DNA from: Candidatus Latescibacterota bacterium
GTDB taxonomy: Bacteria; Latescibacterota; UBA2968; GCA-2709665
Direction: 5' to 3'
Assembly (NCBI GenBank): GCA_963662665.2
Contig: CAXXJS010000050.1
Location: 77,757 to 141,756 of the forward strand
Length of the DNA: 64,000 bases
Position 1 is the stretch's first letter. Each line of letters starts with the position of its first letter. Positions 20,321 to 30,928 of this stretch are shown here, piece by piece. A program made the translations under genes and the position numbers. The notes under the pieces are model-generated. The model searched no databases, was not told the DNA's origin, and saw nothing but the letters and a program-made list of their open reading frames with translations.

Positions 20321-23300
20321 TCAGGGCAACGTCAGCCGCCAGACGTCGTTCACGACCGGCCACGTGTTCCCCGCGACAACCCAGAGGCTGTTCCGGAATA
20401 CGTAGCAGGTGGATTCGTGGCGGGGCGCAAAGCGGGTATCGGGTTTGAATTCGTGCCACTCTCTGCCGTCTTCAGTATACCAGACGTCCCCCAGGTTGAC
20501 GGAATTGGCGTTGTCGTACCCTCCGATGATCCAGAGTCTGCCCGCGTAGACTTTCGAAATAAACCACATCCGCGGCGACCAGGGGGCGTGTTCGAGCACG
20601 CGGGTCCAGATGACGCCGTCTTCCGAACACCAGACGTCGTTCAGGGTCGTGTAGTCGGCGTAGCCCTTTTCGGGGGGGTCGTTACGTTGAACGATGCGGC
20701 CCCCCATCACCCAAAGCCTGTCGTTGTACGCAGCCACGGCGGCTGCGGACCGGTTTCCGTACGGGGCGCTGGGCGTTGCCCGCGTCCACGCGATGCCGTC
20801 ACCCGAATGCCAAACGTCACGTCCGCTGCCAAGCTGCCACATGCGTTCGCGGTGGACCACCAGTTCGCCGTATCCCCGCGGGCCGAAGGGGGTCTCTTCC
20901 AGTACGCGGGTCCATTCAACGCCGTTCCGGGAGTTCCAGACGCTTCCCTTGACGGCCCAGATTCTGTCCTTGTAGGCCGTCATTTCGCTGTACCCGTCAT
21001 AGGGGGTGGCTTCGCTCACCAGATGCCAGCTGATGCCGTCGGATGAATTCCAGAGATCCCTGGAAAGGATGCCGGAGTGGTAGTAGGCGTTGCTGATCCA
21101 GAGTTTGTCCTGAAAGACCACGTCTTCGGAGGTGTCGCGCGGCGTGAACGGCGCGTTGTGAACCAGGTTGATCCAGTCGCCGGTTCTGGTGGCGTTTACG
21201 CCGGACGTGTTGATGCGCAGGCTGGCCACGGTGGGGATTTCTGCGGTCGCCGGGCCGGCCCATGAACGCCCGGGAAAGAACAGGAGCCGTCCGCCGTCCG
21301 CCGTTATTTCGTATCCGGGGTCATCCTCCAGTTCCAGCAGGGTACCGCCTTCCTCCTGGTGATGTATGGTTTTGATTTTGTGGCCGTAGGTGAATCCGTC
21401 GCCGTCCGCGACAATGGCGGTGAGGCCCGCGAGATCTACGCCGGTAGGAAGATCGGTATCGATGAGGAGCCCGTCGACGTCGTCGCCCGCGGCTTTGCGC
21501 CTGGTCTTGAGAACAACGCCGGTGCGCGTGCCCCGTCCCCCAAGTGCACGGTTGCCCTTTTCGAGAAGCGTACCCCCGATGAGGATCATCTGTTCGACTT
21601 CGCCGTTTCGTACTCTGACAAAGCCGACGCGGCCGCGGAAGCTGATGTCTCCGTACGTAAGCGTGCGGTCGGCGTCTGTCGCCGAAAGGATGTAGTCGGT
21701 GACGTCGCCGGATACAATTCTGAGCGCGATATCCATGTCGGTACCGCCATCCAGCTCCAGACGGTCCGCGCTGGAAATGTCGGGACCTTCGCCACCGGGT
21801 TCCAGTACCGTGCTGAAGAGCGTGGCGAGGTTTTCTCCTTCCCGGCGATGGACCAGCATCGGCATGGTGATCTCGTCGAGGCGAGTGTCGTCCTCGTCGG
21901 CATTCCGGATGGAGGGCGCCCGGGCGGCGAAAAGGTCTCCGTCGGGGTGGGTCAGGCTGTGTACGCGTATTGAACCCGCGGGCTTCGCCTGGCTTGTGAA
22001 CGTCGCGTTCCACTCTCGGGTGACGTTGGCGCGCCGCACGTCGCGGATGAACGCGTATCCCAGGTTGTGTCCCCCGGCGTCGCCCTTGACGCTCTCTCCG
22101 GTGGGCAGGTTGGCGTTCACGCCCGCCGGGAGCAGCGTGTTCCCGTGGTCTTCTGCCGGAAGGTCGACTTCAACGGCGCCGTCGTGGTCGGCATCGCCCG
22201 TCAGGATGTATTCGTGGCGATGGCCGCCGGCAACCCTGAACAGATCGACGACGTACGTCTGTCCGGACGACAGGCCGATCTGAATCAGCAGCCGCCGGTA
22301 GGTTGAGGTGACGCCCGGATAGGCGCGGTCGCCAGAGGCTTCGATGGCCTGAAAAGTGTCGCTGTGCGGCGCGAAAAGCAGGAGGTTTCCGTCCGAAGGC
22401 GTGTTTTCGGAGCCGTATGCCTGGTCCTCGCCGTCCACGGCCACCGTATTGTGCGACAGCGTGGAGATGGTCCAGCACCGGTGGCGCGTGTGGGTATAGC
22501 CGATATCGCTCAGGCGCTCCTGCCCGCGCGCGTAAAGGGTGAGGCTCAACAGGTCCGCGTGCTGGTGTCCGTAACCTCCTGAGAAGTGGAGATAGGTCTG
22601 GGTCCGGTTTTCGCCCTTTCCCATATCCAGGCGGGCGTGTCCCATGCCGGGCAGGAGCATGGGCCCGGACGATTCAGGCGCCGCCCTTTTGTCCTTTGCC
22701 CAGGTGTCGTGCGTGGGCACCACCCGGCCGTTGGGATAACGGAGAAGGTCGGGGATGCCCGCTGCCTTTACCAGAATGGGAAAACGGGCGTTCAGGTCCA
22801 GATTGTCGTAGCGTTCGCCGTCGACGGGATGGACGTATCCGTCCGGGTCGCTGTAACCGTTCAGCCTCTCCATCACCTGCCTGAGCCCGCCGATGGTCTG
22901 GTTGTGATAGGAAACCGCGCCTTCGCGCCACACGCCGTCCACGAGGAAGTTGGCGGCGACGAGTCTCTCGACGCGGTCGACCGCGTCGTGGATATAGTCC
23001 GGTTCATTCAGGACCCGTCCGGCGGCGACCATACCGCGCAGCAGCGTGGGGTCCATATTGCCCAGTGCGGGCGGGAAGCCCCGGATGAAGGACACGCTGG
23101 CGCGGAAGAACCCGTCTTCGATACGTCGGACCATCGTACTGTCAAGTTCCCCGCTGTCCCGGATGAGGTCGTAAGCGTAGATGAGGTTCTCCGGAATGTC
23201 CATGTACGCCCACCAGTCCCACTTGGATGCGCGGTAGTCCTGAACCGGATACGGAAACCCCTGGTTGCCCGGGAAGATGATCTTCTGCCGGAAGGGCAGG

Positions 23301-23866
23301 TCGTGGTGGACGCAGTACCCCGGATAGACTTCGGCGAAGCGGTTCAGAATGAGGGCCGCGCGGCGGGCATAGGATCGATCTCCGGTGGCGCAATAGAGTA
23401 CCGACAGGTCGTGGGCGGTCCCGGCAAAATACGCCCGAGCCAGGTACCAGCCCTTGGCCTGAAAGAAATGCCGGTATCCGGTGTCGTCCGCCCAGAAAGG
23501 ATATTCCTGGGTCTGGCCCACGGGGTTGACGACGCTCAGGATCTCGGTATCGGGGAACTGCGCGTTGGGATACCTGAGCCCGCAGTATTTGCAGAAGACG
23601 CGGTCCGGGTCCTGGATCGACCAGTCGATCTGGCCCTCCTGCGCCCCGCCGTCGCAATTTGGGCAGTCTACAAAGTAGATGCCGGACCGTTCGGGGATGA
23701 GGCGCAGTATTTCGTCCTCTGAAAGTGTGAGAACCGGTTCGAGGTTTCGACGCAGCCGCTCCACGTCGGATTCGTCCAGGTCCGGCGGAAAGACTGGGTC
23801 CGCCTCCGCGGGGTTCGGCCGGAATGCGAGAAGGAACAGAAGGAGTACGGCCGCGAAAACGAGCAT
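20321..23866 (-). CDS. secreted heparinase II/III-like lyase with an N-terminal Cys-pair knuckle and C-terminal kelch-like repeats
   Basis: Signal peptide, CPNC/CKYC, DGVWREGAVSYH, GHQHADLLSL and HNTVAVDG. C-terminal repeats such as LWVMGG, DVWCSEDG and LWIIGG. Confidence 0.75.
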   Translation of the reverse strand: MLVFAAVLLLFLLAFRPNPAEADPVFPPDLDESDVERLRRNLEPVLTLSEDEILRLIPERSGIYFVDCPNCDGGAQEGQIDWSIQDPDRVFCKYCGLRYPNAQFPDTEILSVVNPVGQTQEYPFWADDTGYRHFFQAKGWYLARAYFAGTAHDLSVLYCATGDRSYARRAALILNRFAEVYPGYCVHHDLPFRQKIIFPGNQGFPYPVQDYRASKWDWWAYMDIPENLIYAYDLIRDSGELDSTMVRRIEDGFFRASVSFIRGFPPALGNMDPTLLRGMVAAGRVLNEPDYIHDAVDRVERLVAANFLVDGVWREGAVSYHNQTIGGLRQVMERLNGYSDPDGYVHPVDGERYDNLDLNARFPILVKAAGIPDLLRYPNGRVVPTHDTWAKDKRAAPESSGPMLLPGMGHARLDMGKGENRTQTYLHFSGGYGHQHADLLSLTLYARGQERLSDIGYTHTRHRCWTISTLSHNTVAVDGEDQAYGSENTPSDGNLLLFAPHSDTFQAIEASGDRAYPGVTSTYRRLLIQIGLSSGQTYVVDLFRVAGGHRHEYILTGDADHDGAVEVDLPAEDHGNTLLPAGVNANLPTGESVKGDAGGHNLGYAFIRDVRRANVTREWNATFTSQAKPAGSIRVHSLTHPDGDLFAARAPSIRNADEDDTRLDEITMPMLVHRREGENLATLFSTVLEPGGEGPDISSADRLELDGGTDMDIALRIVSGDVTDYILSATDADRTLTYGDISFRGRVGFVRVRNGEVEQMILIGGTLLEKGNRALGGRGTRTGVVLKTRRKAAGDDVDGLLIDTDLPTGVDLAGLTAIVADGDGFTYGHKIKTIHHQEEGGTLLELEDDPGYEITADGGRLLFFPGRSWAGPATAEIPTVASLRINTSGVNATRTGDWINLVHNAPFTPRDTSEDVVFQDKLWISNAYYHSGILSRDLWNSSDGISWHLVSEATPYDGYSEMTAYKDRIWAVKGSVWNSRNGVEWTRVLEETPFGPRGYGELVVHRERMWQLGSGRDVWHSGDGIAWTRATPSAPYGNRSAAAVAAYNDRLWVMGGRIVQRNDPPEKGYADYTTLNDVWCSEDGVIWTRVLEHAPWSPRMWFISKVYAGRLWIIGGYDNANSVNLGDVWYTEDGREWHEFKPDTRFAPRHESTCYVFRNSLWVVAGNTWPVVNDVWRLTLP

Positions 23867-24030
23867 GATAATTCTTCCTTTCGAATCTGAGCGTTCCACA
23901 ACGGTTGCGACGCGGATCTGGCCTGACTCATTCATGCACTAATTGGCGCGGATAGCTGTCTGATTCGCGCATCAACTCAGGCACGCCCGCGCACATCGAC
24001 CGGTCGAGCCGTTGAGGAAGCGGGTGCGTA

Positions 24031-25590
24031 TCAGACCGCCGACGATGCGTTGCGGCGCAGGACCCGCCCATGGAGCGCCCCGGTGGGGACGCCGCCTTCC
24101 ACCGCCGGCTTTCCGTTGACCATCACACAGGAGATACCAACGGGACCCCCGGTTGGGTTTTCGAACGTGGCGGTTGAGTCAATGGTACGAGGATCGAAGA
24201 TCACAATGTCGGCGGCTTTGCCGGCGGCAATCTCGCCCCGATCGGCAAGCCCGAATCGCCGGGCGGGGAAACCGCTCATTTTATGGATGGCTTCGGCGAG
24301 AGACACCAGGTTTTTCTCCCGGACGAATACGCCCGGTACGCGCGCGAAACAGCCGAAGCCCCTGGGGTGGGGATGGCGCACGTTATATATGCCGTCGCTC
24401 GCAAGCATCATCCGGGGGTGCGTGACGGTGTTCTCAACTGTGTTTTCGTTGATTTCGGGTGGGTCCTGCCACGGGAAGACGTAGGTGGACAGGCCTTCTT
24501 CCTCCAGGATCAGATCGTAGGCGAAGTCCTCCGGAGCAACGCCGGCCCCGGCAGCCAGGTCCGATAGCGTGGCGCCTACGTATCGCCCCGATCGCGTGTG
24601 GCCGACCACCTGGTTGCAGAGGCCCAACCAGCCGCGGAGATGGGGAAGGATCCGTTCCTTCGCCGCTGGGTCCGACAGGTGTTCCAGTACGTCGGATGGG
24701 GCGCCGACCTGGTCTTCAACGGGCAGCATGATTGTCATGTGCGACATCCCTGCAGGGTAGAGGTAGGACTCGAAGCTGAGGTCTATGTCTTCCCTTTCGG
24801 CAAGCTCGAGAAGCTCGGCGCCTTCCCGGTCCGCCCGTTCGTGCGAATGGTGAACCGGAATGCCGGATTGCCGGAAGATCTCAAAGGTTTCCTTCCAGGC
24901 CTCCGCCCGGCCGAGAATGTGGTTGCGGATGTGCGCCGCGTAAATGCCCCCGTAGGACGCCGCCACCTTGCACAGCTCAACGAGTTCGCGCAGGTCGGAA
25001 TTGGCGCTGGGCTGGTAGTCCAGACCCAGACAGAGGCAGCCGGCGCCCGCTTCCATCCATTGCCGCACCAGGTCAGCCATGGCGTCAATCTGCGCGTCGG
25101 TGGCCGGGCCCGGCGCCCAGCCGCAGACCTTGAGGCGCACGGCGCAGTGGGGTACCTGCGGGTAGACGTTGCACGGGCTGTTGCCGGGAAAAAGATCCAG
25201 GTACTCTTCGATGGTTTCCCAGGTGAGGTCGATATCCGCCGCGCCGGCGGCGAAGCGGGTGTATTCCCACATCTGGCCGCGCAGGTCCGGAGGCAACGGC
25301 GCCCATCCGAATCCGTCCGGCGCCAGAAGCTGGGTGGTAACGCCCTGTACAACGCCCGAAAACCGGTGGCTTCCGGTCAGAAGGGCGGGTTCGCAGTGCA
25401 CGTGGACGTCGATGAATCCGGGGCAGACTACGTGGCCGCGGGCATCGACCTCCCGTTCCGCGCGGGCATCGGCCAGATCGCCCACGGCGGCGATTCGGTC
25501 GCCCGTGACGGCGATATCCGCCAGGAACGGTTCACGTGCGCCAGTGCCGTCAACTACGAGGCCGTTACGTATGAGAATGTCAAATGCCAT
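24031..25590 (-). CDS. N-acyl-D-amino-acid deacylase family amidohydrolase
   Basis: PGFIDVHVH, HPRGFGCF and GKAADIVIFDP. Confidence 0.88.
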   Translation of the reverse strand: MAFDILIRNGLVVDGTGAREPFLADIAVTGDRIAAVGDLADARAEREVDARGHVVCPGFIDVHVHCEPALLTGSHRFSGVVQGVTTQLLAPDGFGWAPLPPDLRGQMWEYTRFAAGAADIDLTWETIEEYLDLFPGNSPCNVYPQVPHCAVRLKVCGWAPGPATDAQIDAMADLVRQWMEAGAGCLCLGLDYQPSANSDLRELVELCKVAASYGGIYAAHIRNHILGRAEAWKETFEIFRQSGIPVHHSHERADREGAELLELAEREDIDLSFESYLYPAGMSHMTIMLPVEDQVGAPSDVLEHLSDPAAKERILPHLRGWLGLCNQVVGHTRSGRYVGATLSDLAAGAGVAPEDFAYDLILEEEGLSTYVFPWQDPPEINENTVENTVTHPRMMLASDGIYNVRHPHPRGFGCFARVPGVFVREKNLVSLAEAIHKMSGFPARRFGLADRGEIAAGKAADIVIFDPRTIDSTATFENPTGGPVGISCVMVNGKPAVEGGVPTGALHGRVLRRNASSAV

Positions 25591-25705
25591 GGGGTTCACC
25601 CTCCGGTCTTCCTGGCGACTCCTGTATTGCCCCGTCGTGACGATTGAGGATACCGGCGGAAGATAAGCACGATTCTCTTCAGACGCACCGAAATTGTGGC
25701 GGAGG

Positions 25706-27673
25706 CTACCAGTCGTTCAGTTTGTGCCCGTCTCCGTTGAACCAGATAACGTCCGTGACGACCCCCAGACCCACGCCAACGAGATAACCCATGAACATTC
25801 CCAGAAACAGGGGAGCCATTCGTCTGTAGCTGTTGAGGCCTCCGTACCTCAGTATCAGGGCCTTGGTGAGCCAGGCAATGAAAATGGAGGTGACGCTGCT
25901 TCTGAGCACGTTGGATGCTGAAATGGTGAAGCCGATGGGATGGATGGGGAATCCCGGGAATCGGAATCTAAGGAATAACAGGAGTCCGGTGAAAGCGGCG
26001 CCAATACCGAAGAAACCGACGCGGTCCCAGCTTGTGGCGGCGGTTCCCTGCTGGATGCGGGCGGTGGTATACCGCCAGATGCCCACCGCGCCGTCTCCGG
26101 AGCCGTTGAAGCTGACCACGCCGAAGTTGTAACTGCCCGCGCCGTAATACCCCTGATAGAGAATGAACGCAATTACGGAAAGGGCGCCGCCCAGGGCGCC
26201 CATCAGTACGCCGGGCGCAAGCAGGCGTCGACGTTCGGCCCGCATAGCCATACCCAGCCGGGGGATGTGGGCGAGGGCCGTGATACCCCAGGTCTTGGCG
26301 TCGCAGAAAAACGTGTAAGTCAGGCCCAGGGCCACCGCGCTGTGCGCGCCCATCCCTGAAATGCCGAAGAGGTGCCACGTGAATGCCTGGGCCGTGATGG
26401 GACCGCGCAGGTACACGAGACCGCTCTCGACAATGATGCGCGCAAGGCCCAGGTAGAGCACGAGGGTTGCGAACCAGAAAGCGAGCAGGGGGCCGGCAGC
26501 CATTCCTGCGTGGAAGAGCCACAGCAGAAGATACGCGCAACCGGCCAGGAGCAGGTACACGGCCGTGCGGTAGGAGATGAGTTCGTGCGTGTCGTCGATG
26601 AGGTTGTCCGCGTCCCCGCGTTCGGCAAGCGCCGTGCGCGTAAATGCCTTCCTGAATACGGCGGCCAGATGGCTCCGTGCAACCCAGAGGCCCCAGCCCA
26701 CAAAAACAGCGAGACCGCCGAAACTCTGCCAGCCGATGGCGGGATCGAACGAGCACCACATATCCGAACCGCCGATGCTGAATCCCGTGCGATTGAAGAC
26801 GCCGACCTGCAGGATGGCCAGCAGGTGGAAGAGCCAGATACTGAACAGGACGCTCGATTCCGTGAAGTACGCGAACGCGATCGTCATCGGATGGACCGAA
26901 AAGGCGAAGTAGGGGAAGCCCTGGCCGATGCGGATAATCTTGCGGCTCAGGACGGTCATGGGCACGTCCAGGACGGGTATGGCTCTTACGAACCAGGTCG
27001 CGATATTCCAGCAGAAGATGGCAACGATCAGCCAGAACCCGATTTGGAACAGGCGCGACCGGACCAGGGTCGCCAGGCTCCTTTCCGTGCCGGTTACCCC
27101 CGTGAGTTCCAGCACGGCGGTGGCGATCGGGAACGTCAGGCGTTCGTTGTCCATCCACTGTTTGCGAAGGATCACAACCAGGCAGAAACTGACGGTGAGC
27201 ACGGATCCGAGAAACCCGGCCCACCAGAAAAAGGGCGCGGCCCAGGCGGCCCAAGGAAATTTCTGGCCTTTAAATAGACTCTCATAAAAGCCGGTGGCGG
27301 CCGCCGGATCAGAGACAATGGCCCAGGATGGGATCCTTGCGAGCAGGTGTTCCGTCCATTGATTCTCGGGGGTTGCGAAGTAGGTGGGCGCGGTGACCAC
27401 ACCCAGGAGATAGCCCGAGAGCCATTCGCCCTGCATGGTTGAGGCAACCATTCCGATGCAGCAGATGGCGAGCAATTCCGAGGCCGACAGGCCGCGGCCG
27501 CGCCGATACAGCGGGAGATTGAGCCCCAGCAGGCAAACGAAGGGTATGAGCAGGGCCACGGACAGGTGCGCGTAGTCGGCCCGCGATGAATGGGCGATCA
27601 GGCTGGAGTACGTGGGCCAGAGGTTGACCCACACGGCCATGGCCAGGCCAACGAGGAGTGCGCGCAGCGTCAT
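25706..27673 (-). CDS. polytopic membrane protein, DUF6785/DUF6784-like
   Basis: Many TM segments, with LRKQWMDNERLTFP, FPIHPIG and ILRYGG..YRR..PLFLG motifs. Confidence 0.7.
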   Translation of the reverse strand: MTLRALLVGLAMAVWVNLWPTYSSLIAHSSRADYAHLSVALLIPFVCLLGLNLPLYRRGRGLSASELLAICCIGMVASTMQGEWLSGYLLGVVTAPTYFATPENQWTEHLLARIPSWAIVSDPAAATGFYESLFKGQKFPWAAWAAPFFWWAGFLGSVLTVSFCLVVILRKQWMDNERLTFPIATAVLELTGVTGTERSLATLVRSRLFQIGFWLIVAIFCWNIATWFVRAIPVLDVPMTVLSRKIIRIGQGFPYFAFSVHPMTIAFAYFTESSVLFSIWLFHLLAILQVGVFNRTGFSIGGSDMWCSFDPAIGWQSFGGLAVFVGWGLWVARSHLAAVFRKAFTRTALAERGDADNLIDDTHELISYRTAVYLLLAGCAYLLLWLFHAGMAAGPLLAFWFATLVLYLGLARIIVESGLVYLRGPITAQAFTWHLFGISGMGAHSAVALGLTYTFFCDAKTWGITALAHIPRLGMAMRAERRRLLAPGVLMGALGGALSVIAFILYQGYYGAGSYNFGVVSFNGSGDGAVGIWRYTTARIQQGTAATSWDRVGFFGIGAAFTGLLLFLRFRFPGFPIHPIGFTISASNVLRSSVTSIFIAWLTKALILRYGGLNSYRRMAPLFLGMFMGYLVGVGLGVVTDVIWFNGDGHKLNDW

Positions 27674-27729
27674 GATGTCCGCCGTCGGATGTCGGAAGGG
27701 GTTGCGCCCGTGTCAAGCCGGAGACGGGA

Positions 27730-28782
27730 CTACAGATTTCCGGATACCGCGATTTTAACTGCGTCCTTTCCGTCCAGACGGTAGCTGCCCGCAAGGGCAT
27801 TGAAGCCTTCAGGCACCCGGTCCAGCGGGATGGTGTGGCTGACCATGTCGGCAAAGGGAAACTCGTTTTTTTCCAGGATGGGCAGGCCGCGCACGAAGTG
27901 TTCGGGTGAACTCGCCCAGACGGCTTCGAAGCGCAGGTTCTTTCGCATGAACATGCGATTGGGGTTGCATTCGAATGACCCGACGTCGACGAAATGGCCC
28001 ATTTCAACGTAGGTGCCGTCCTGTCGAAGGTAATCCAGACCTTCCGGTATGGCGGGCAGAAAGCCCGCACACTCAAAGACGACGTCGGCCCCGGCGCCTT
28101 TGGGGGTGCCGTCTCGAACCAGTCGCTTGCGTTCCTGGGGTTCCGGGACTTCTGCGATGTCGACGGTGACGTCCGCCCCCATCTCGCGCGCGAGATCCAG
28201 GCGGCCGGGCGGGCCCCCGACCATGATGAGACGCCCGGCGCCGCTGACTTTCGCGCAGATGAGGGTGACGAGGCCAATGGCGCCGGAGCCCTGAACGACG
28301 ACGGTATCGCCGAATTGAATCCCGGCCCGCATAACGCCGTGTACGCCGATTGTGAAGGGCTCTAGAAGTACGGCGACCTCCGCCGGCAGATCGGTCCTGA
28401 AGAAAACCGTCTCCGGATTCCAGAGATAGATGTATTCGGCAAAGCCGCCGCGAAGATAGGGCTGCATTCCTGCGGGGATGAAGCCATAGGCGCCCTGAGA
28501 CGTACCTGGCACAAGGGCGATCCGGTCACCGGCTTTCACCGGGCGCCCGAGGTGGTCGTGGGTAACGCCTTCTCCGAGTGTGTCGACGATTCCGACGTTT
28601 TCGTGTCCCAGGATGATCTCGTCTTTCAGTCTCTGATGTTCCCAGTTGTGCAGGTCGGTGCCGCAAATGCCGGCCAGTTCCTGTCTTAACAGGACGGTGC
28701 CGGGCGCGGGATCGGGGACGGGGTACTCACGGACTTCAAAGCGTTCGCCAACGACAACCGAAGCACGACCGGTTCTGGGCAT
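27730..28782 (-). CDS. zinc-binding alcohol dehydrogenase (MDR family)
   Basis: GICGTD, GHE and VQGSGAIG motifs. Confidence 0.88.
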   Translation of the reverse strand: MPRTGRASVVVGERFEVREYPVPDPAPGTVLLRQELAGICGTDLHNWEHQRLKDEIILGHENVGIVDTLGEGVTHDHLGRPVKAGDRIALVPGTSQGAYGFIPAGMQPYLRGGFAEYIYLWNPETVFFRTDLPAEVAVLLEPFTIGVHGVMRAGIQFGDTVVVQGSGAIGLVTLICAKVSGAGRLIMVGGPPGRLDLAREMGADVTVDIAEVPEPQERKRLVRDGTPKGAGADVVFECAGFLPAIPEGLDYLRQDGTYVEMGHFVDVGSFECNPNRMFMRKNLRFEAVWASSPEHFVRGLPILEKNEFPFADMVSHTIPLDRVPEGFNALAGSYRLDGKDAVKIAVSGNL

Positions 28783-28817
28783 GGGTAAGCCCCTCCTCCG
28801 ACTTTCGGTCGGATGTG

Positions 28818-29618
28818 TCAGGATTGCGCGTAGAAACGTATTTCCGGGATGTCTCCGATACTGCCCATTTCGCGTGCGTATCTGTAAAAGAGGTTCAGGC
28901 CCTCGAGTTCAGCCTCGCCAAAGTCGTAACGGATTTTGTTGGCAAGGAAATCGGCATAGAATCCGGCCGAACCCTGACGTGACGACGCGCAAGTCGCCGC
29001 AATATGGGGGATTTCCCGTACCCCCAGCGCCCTTGCCCTGATCAGCTGCCTGGTCTGCTCGGGATCCAGCGCGTGAGACCGGCCCGCCCAGCAGGCGTAG
29101 ACGAACGGAAGCCTCGTAAGTTCGGCCCAGGCACTACCCAGGTCGATCGCGCAAAAGGACGTCGTATCCACGGCGAGCGCCGCGTCTCCGATGATGACGG
29201 CGGCATCGGCTTGATCCAGCATGCCTCCGGCGTCGGGAGACGTGTAGAAGACGTCGGGCGTGCACCGGTATCGTTTCTGCAATACAATGCGGCTGAGGAC
29301 GGCCGACGTCCGGGAGTTGCCGTCCACGGCGAGCGTCCGGATATCGGCCGGGTCTTTACGGTGCAGGAGCAGTACGCTTCTGACCGGGCCCCGGGAGGAG
29401 ACGCCGACTTCGGGCACGACACTGTATGCAACAGGCCCGCGGGCGATTTCGATGGAGGGGATGAGGGCCACGTCGGCTTCGCCGCTGTGAAGGCGTTGGG
29501 CGCAGCGGGCGGGCACGTTGTAGGAAAGATCGAAGCGGTGTTCGATTAGGCCGGTCTCCAGGGCGTGCACCAGCGGACGGGTGTTCAGGAACGAGACCAC
29601 ATCGAGGCGGGTTGCCAT
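28818..29618 (-). CDS. mqnA: chorismate dehydratase (futalosine pathway)
   Basis: VSFLNTRPL, SRTS, IIGDAAL and DLGSAW...LPFVYACW. Follows mqnC. Confidence 0.88.
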   Translation of the reverse strand: MATRLDVVSFLNTRPLVHALETGLIEHRFDLSYNVPARCAQRLHSGEADVALIPSIEIARGPVAYSVVPEVGVSSRGPVRSVLLLHRKDPADIRTLAVDGNSRTSAVLSRIVLQKRYRCTPDVFYTSPDAGGMLDQADAAVIIGDAALAVDTTSFCAIDLGSAWAELTRLPFVYACWAGRSHALDPEQTRQLIRARALGVREIPHIAATCASSRQGSAGFYADFLANKIRYDFGEAELEGLNLFYRYAREMGSIGDIPEIRFYAQS

Positions 29619-29629
29619 TCGCACGGCCT

Positions 29630-30730
29630 TCAGTTCACCATTTCGTACCGGGTGTTGCGTCTCACCGGCCGGTAGCCGGCGCCCCGGATGAGGCGTAACA
29701 TCGTGGGAAGGCTCATGTCGTCGGTGTGGTTGGTGCCTGCGGCGGAAACAACGTTTTCCTCCATCATGGTGCTGCCGAAGTCGTTGACGCCGTATTTGAG
29801 GCCGACCTGGGCAATCTTGGGGCCCTGAGTCACCCACGAGGCCTGAAAACTTGGAATATTGTCCAGAAACAGGCGAGAGACCGCAATGGTTCGCAGGTAA
29901 TCGTATCCTGTGGCTGTCTTGCCGTTCCAGCGGGCGTTGTCGGCGGCCAGGTCGGTATCGTCCGGCTGGAAATTCCACGCAATGAACGCGGTCAGACCTC
30001 CGGTGTCGTCCTGGAGGTCCCGGATGTGTTTCAGGTGTTCGAGGCGCTGGTCGACGGATTCGACGTGGCCGTACATCATGGTGGCGGTGGTGTGCATGCC
30101 CAGTTCGTGTGCCGCGCGATGCACCTCCAGCCATTCGTGCACCCGGTCTTTGCGGAAGCCGATGATGTCGCGAACCTCGTCCGACAGAATTTCGGCTCCT
30201 GCGCCAGGAATGGAATCCAGGCCGGCGTCCCGCAGGCGGCGGATGCAGTCCGAAATGGAGAGACGCGAGATGTGCGCGACATAGATGATCTCCGTGGCCG
30301 AAAGGCAGTGCTGGTGCACGGAAGGATAGCGCTCGCGGATACTTGAGAATAAACCTTCGTAGTAGTCGATGCGCAGCCTGGGATTCAGGCCCCCCTGCAT
30401 CAGGATTTCGTTCGATTTTGGAGTTTGCCCGCCCGCGGCAACCAATTCGTCGATCTTCCGGAAAATTTGTTCCCGGGGCAGGACGTATCCTTCGTCGGAT
30501 CCGGGAGGGCGGTAGAACGCGCAGAAATCGCATCGTACCCAGCAGACGTTGGTGTAGTTGATGTTGCGGCCGATGTTGTAGGTGACCACGTCTTCCGGCC
30601 ATCTGCGCCGGCGCGCGGCGTCTGCCAGCATGCCCAGTTCCGTGACGTTGGGATGAGCCATCAGGCGCCGGGCGTCATCTACAGTGATACGCGCTTCCGC
30701 GTCGATCTTTTCGGCAATATCGTCGATCAT
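29630..30730 (-). CDS. mqnC: cyclic dehypoxanthine futalosine synthase (radical SAM)
   Basis: RNINYTNVCWVRCDFCAF, LMQGG, QASWVTQG and DFGSTMMEENVV. Confidence 0.9.
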   Translation of the reverse strand: MIDDIAEKIDAEARITVDDARRLMAHPNVTELGMLADAARRRRWPEDVVTYNIGRNINYTNVCWVRCDFCAFYRPPGSDEGYVLPREQIFRKIDELVAAGGQTPKSNEILMQGGLNPRLRIDYYEGLFSSIRERYPSVHQHCLSATEIIYVAHISRLSISDCIRRLRDAGLDSIPGAGAEILSDEVRDIIGFRKDRVHEWLEVHRAAHELGMHTTATMMYGHVESVDQRLEHLKHIRDLQDDTGGLTAFIAWNFQPDDTDLAADNARWNGKTATGYDYLRTIAVSRLFLDNIPSFQASWVTQGPKIAQVGLKYGVNDFGSTMMEENVVSAAGTNHTDDMSLPTMLRLIRGAGYRPVRRNTRYEMVN

Positions 30731-30928
30731 CGATCCGTTCTCCGCGTCCAATGATGCTTAACCTCAATACAAATAAGAATAACCGTTAAATCGGCCACAA
30801 AAAGCACAAAAGGCACAGAAGGTATCGGTGCGAAACGACGTGGGTCATCCCTGCACCTCATGCATCCACGATGCTCCCAACGGCCGATTTAATTCACGCA
30901 CCTACGATCACCACAATGAGAAGCAGTC

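Noticed and set aside
28818-30602. 594-aa ORF read as a fused or extended MqnA
   Set aside because: The upstream part is an alternative frame of mqnC. MqnA similarity starts at ATG 29618.
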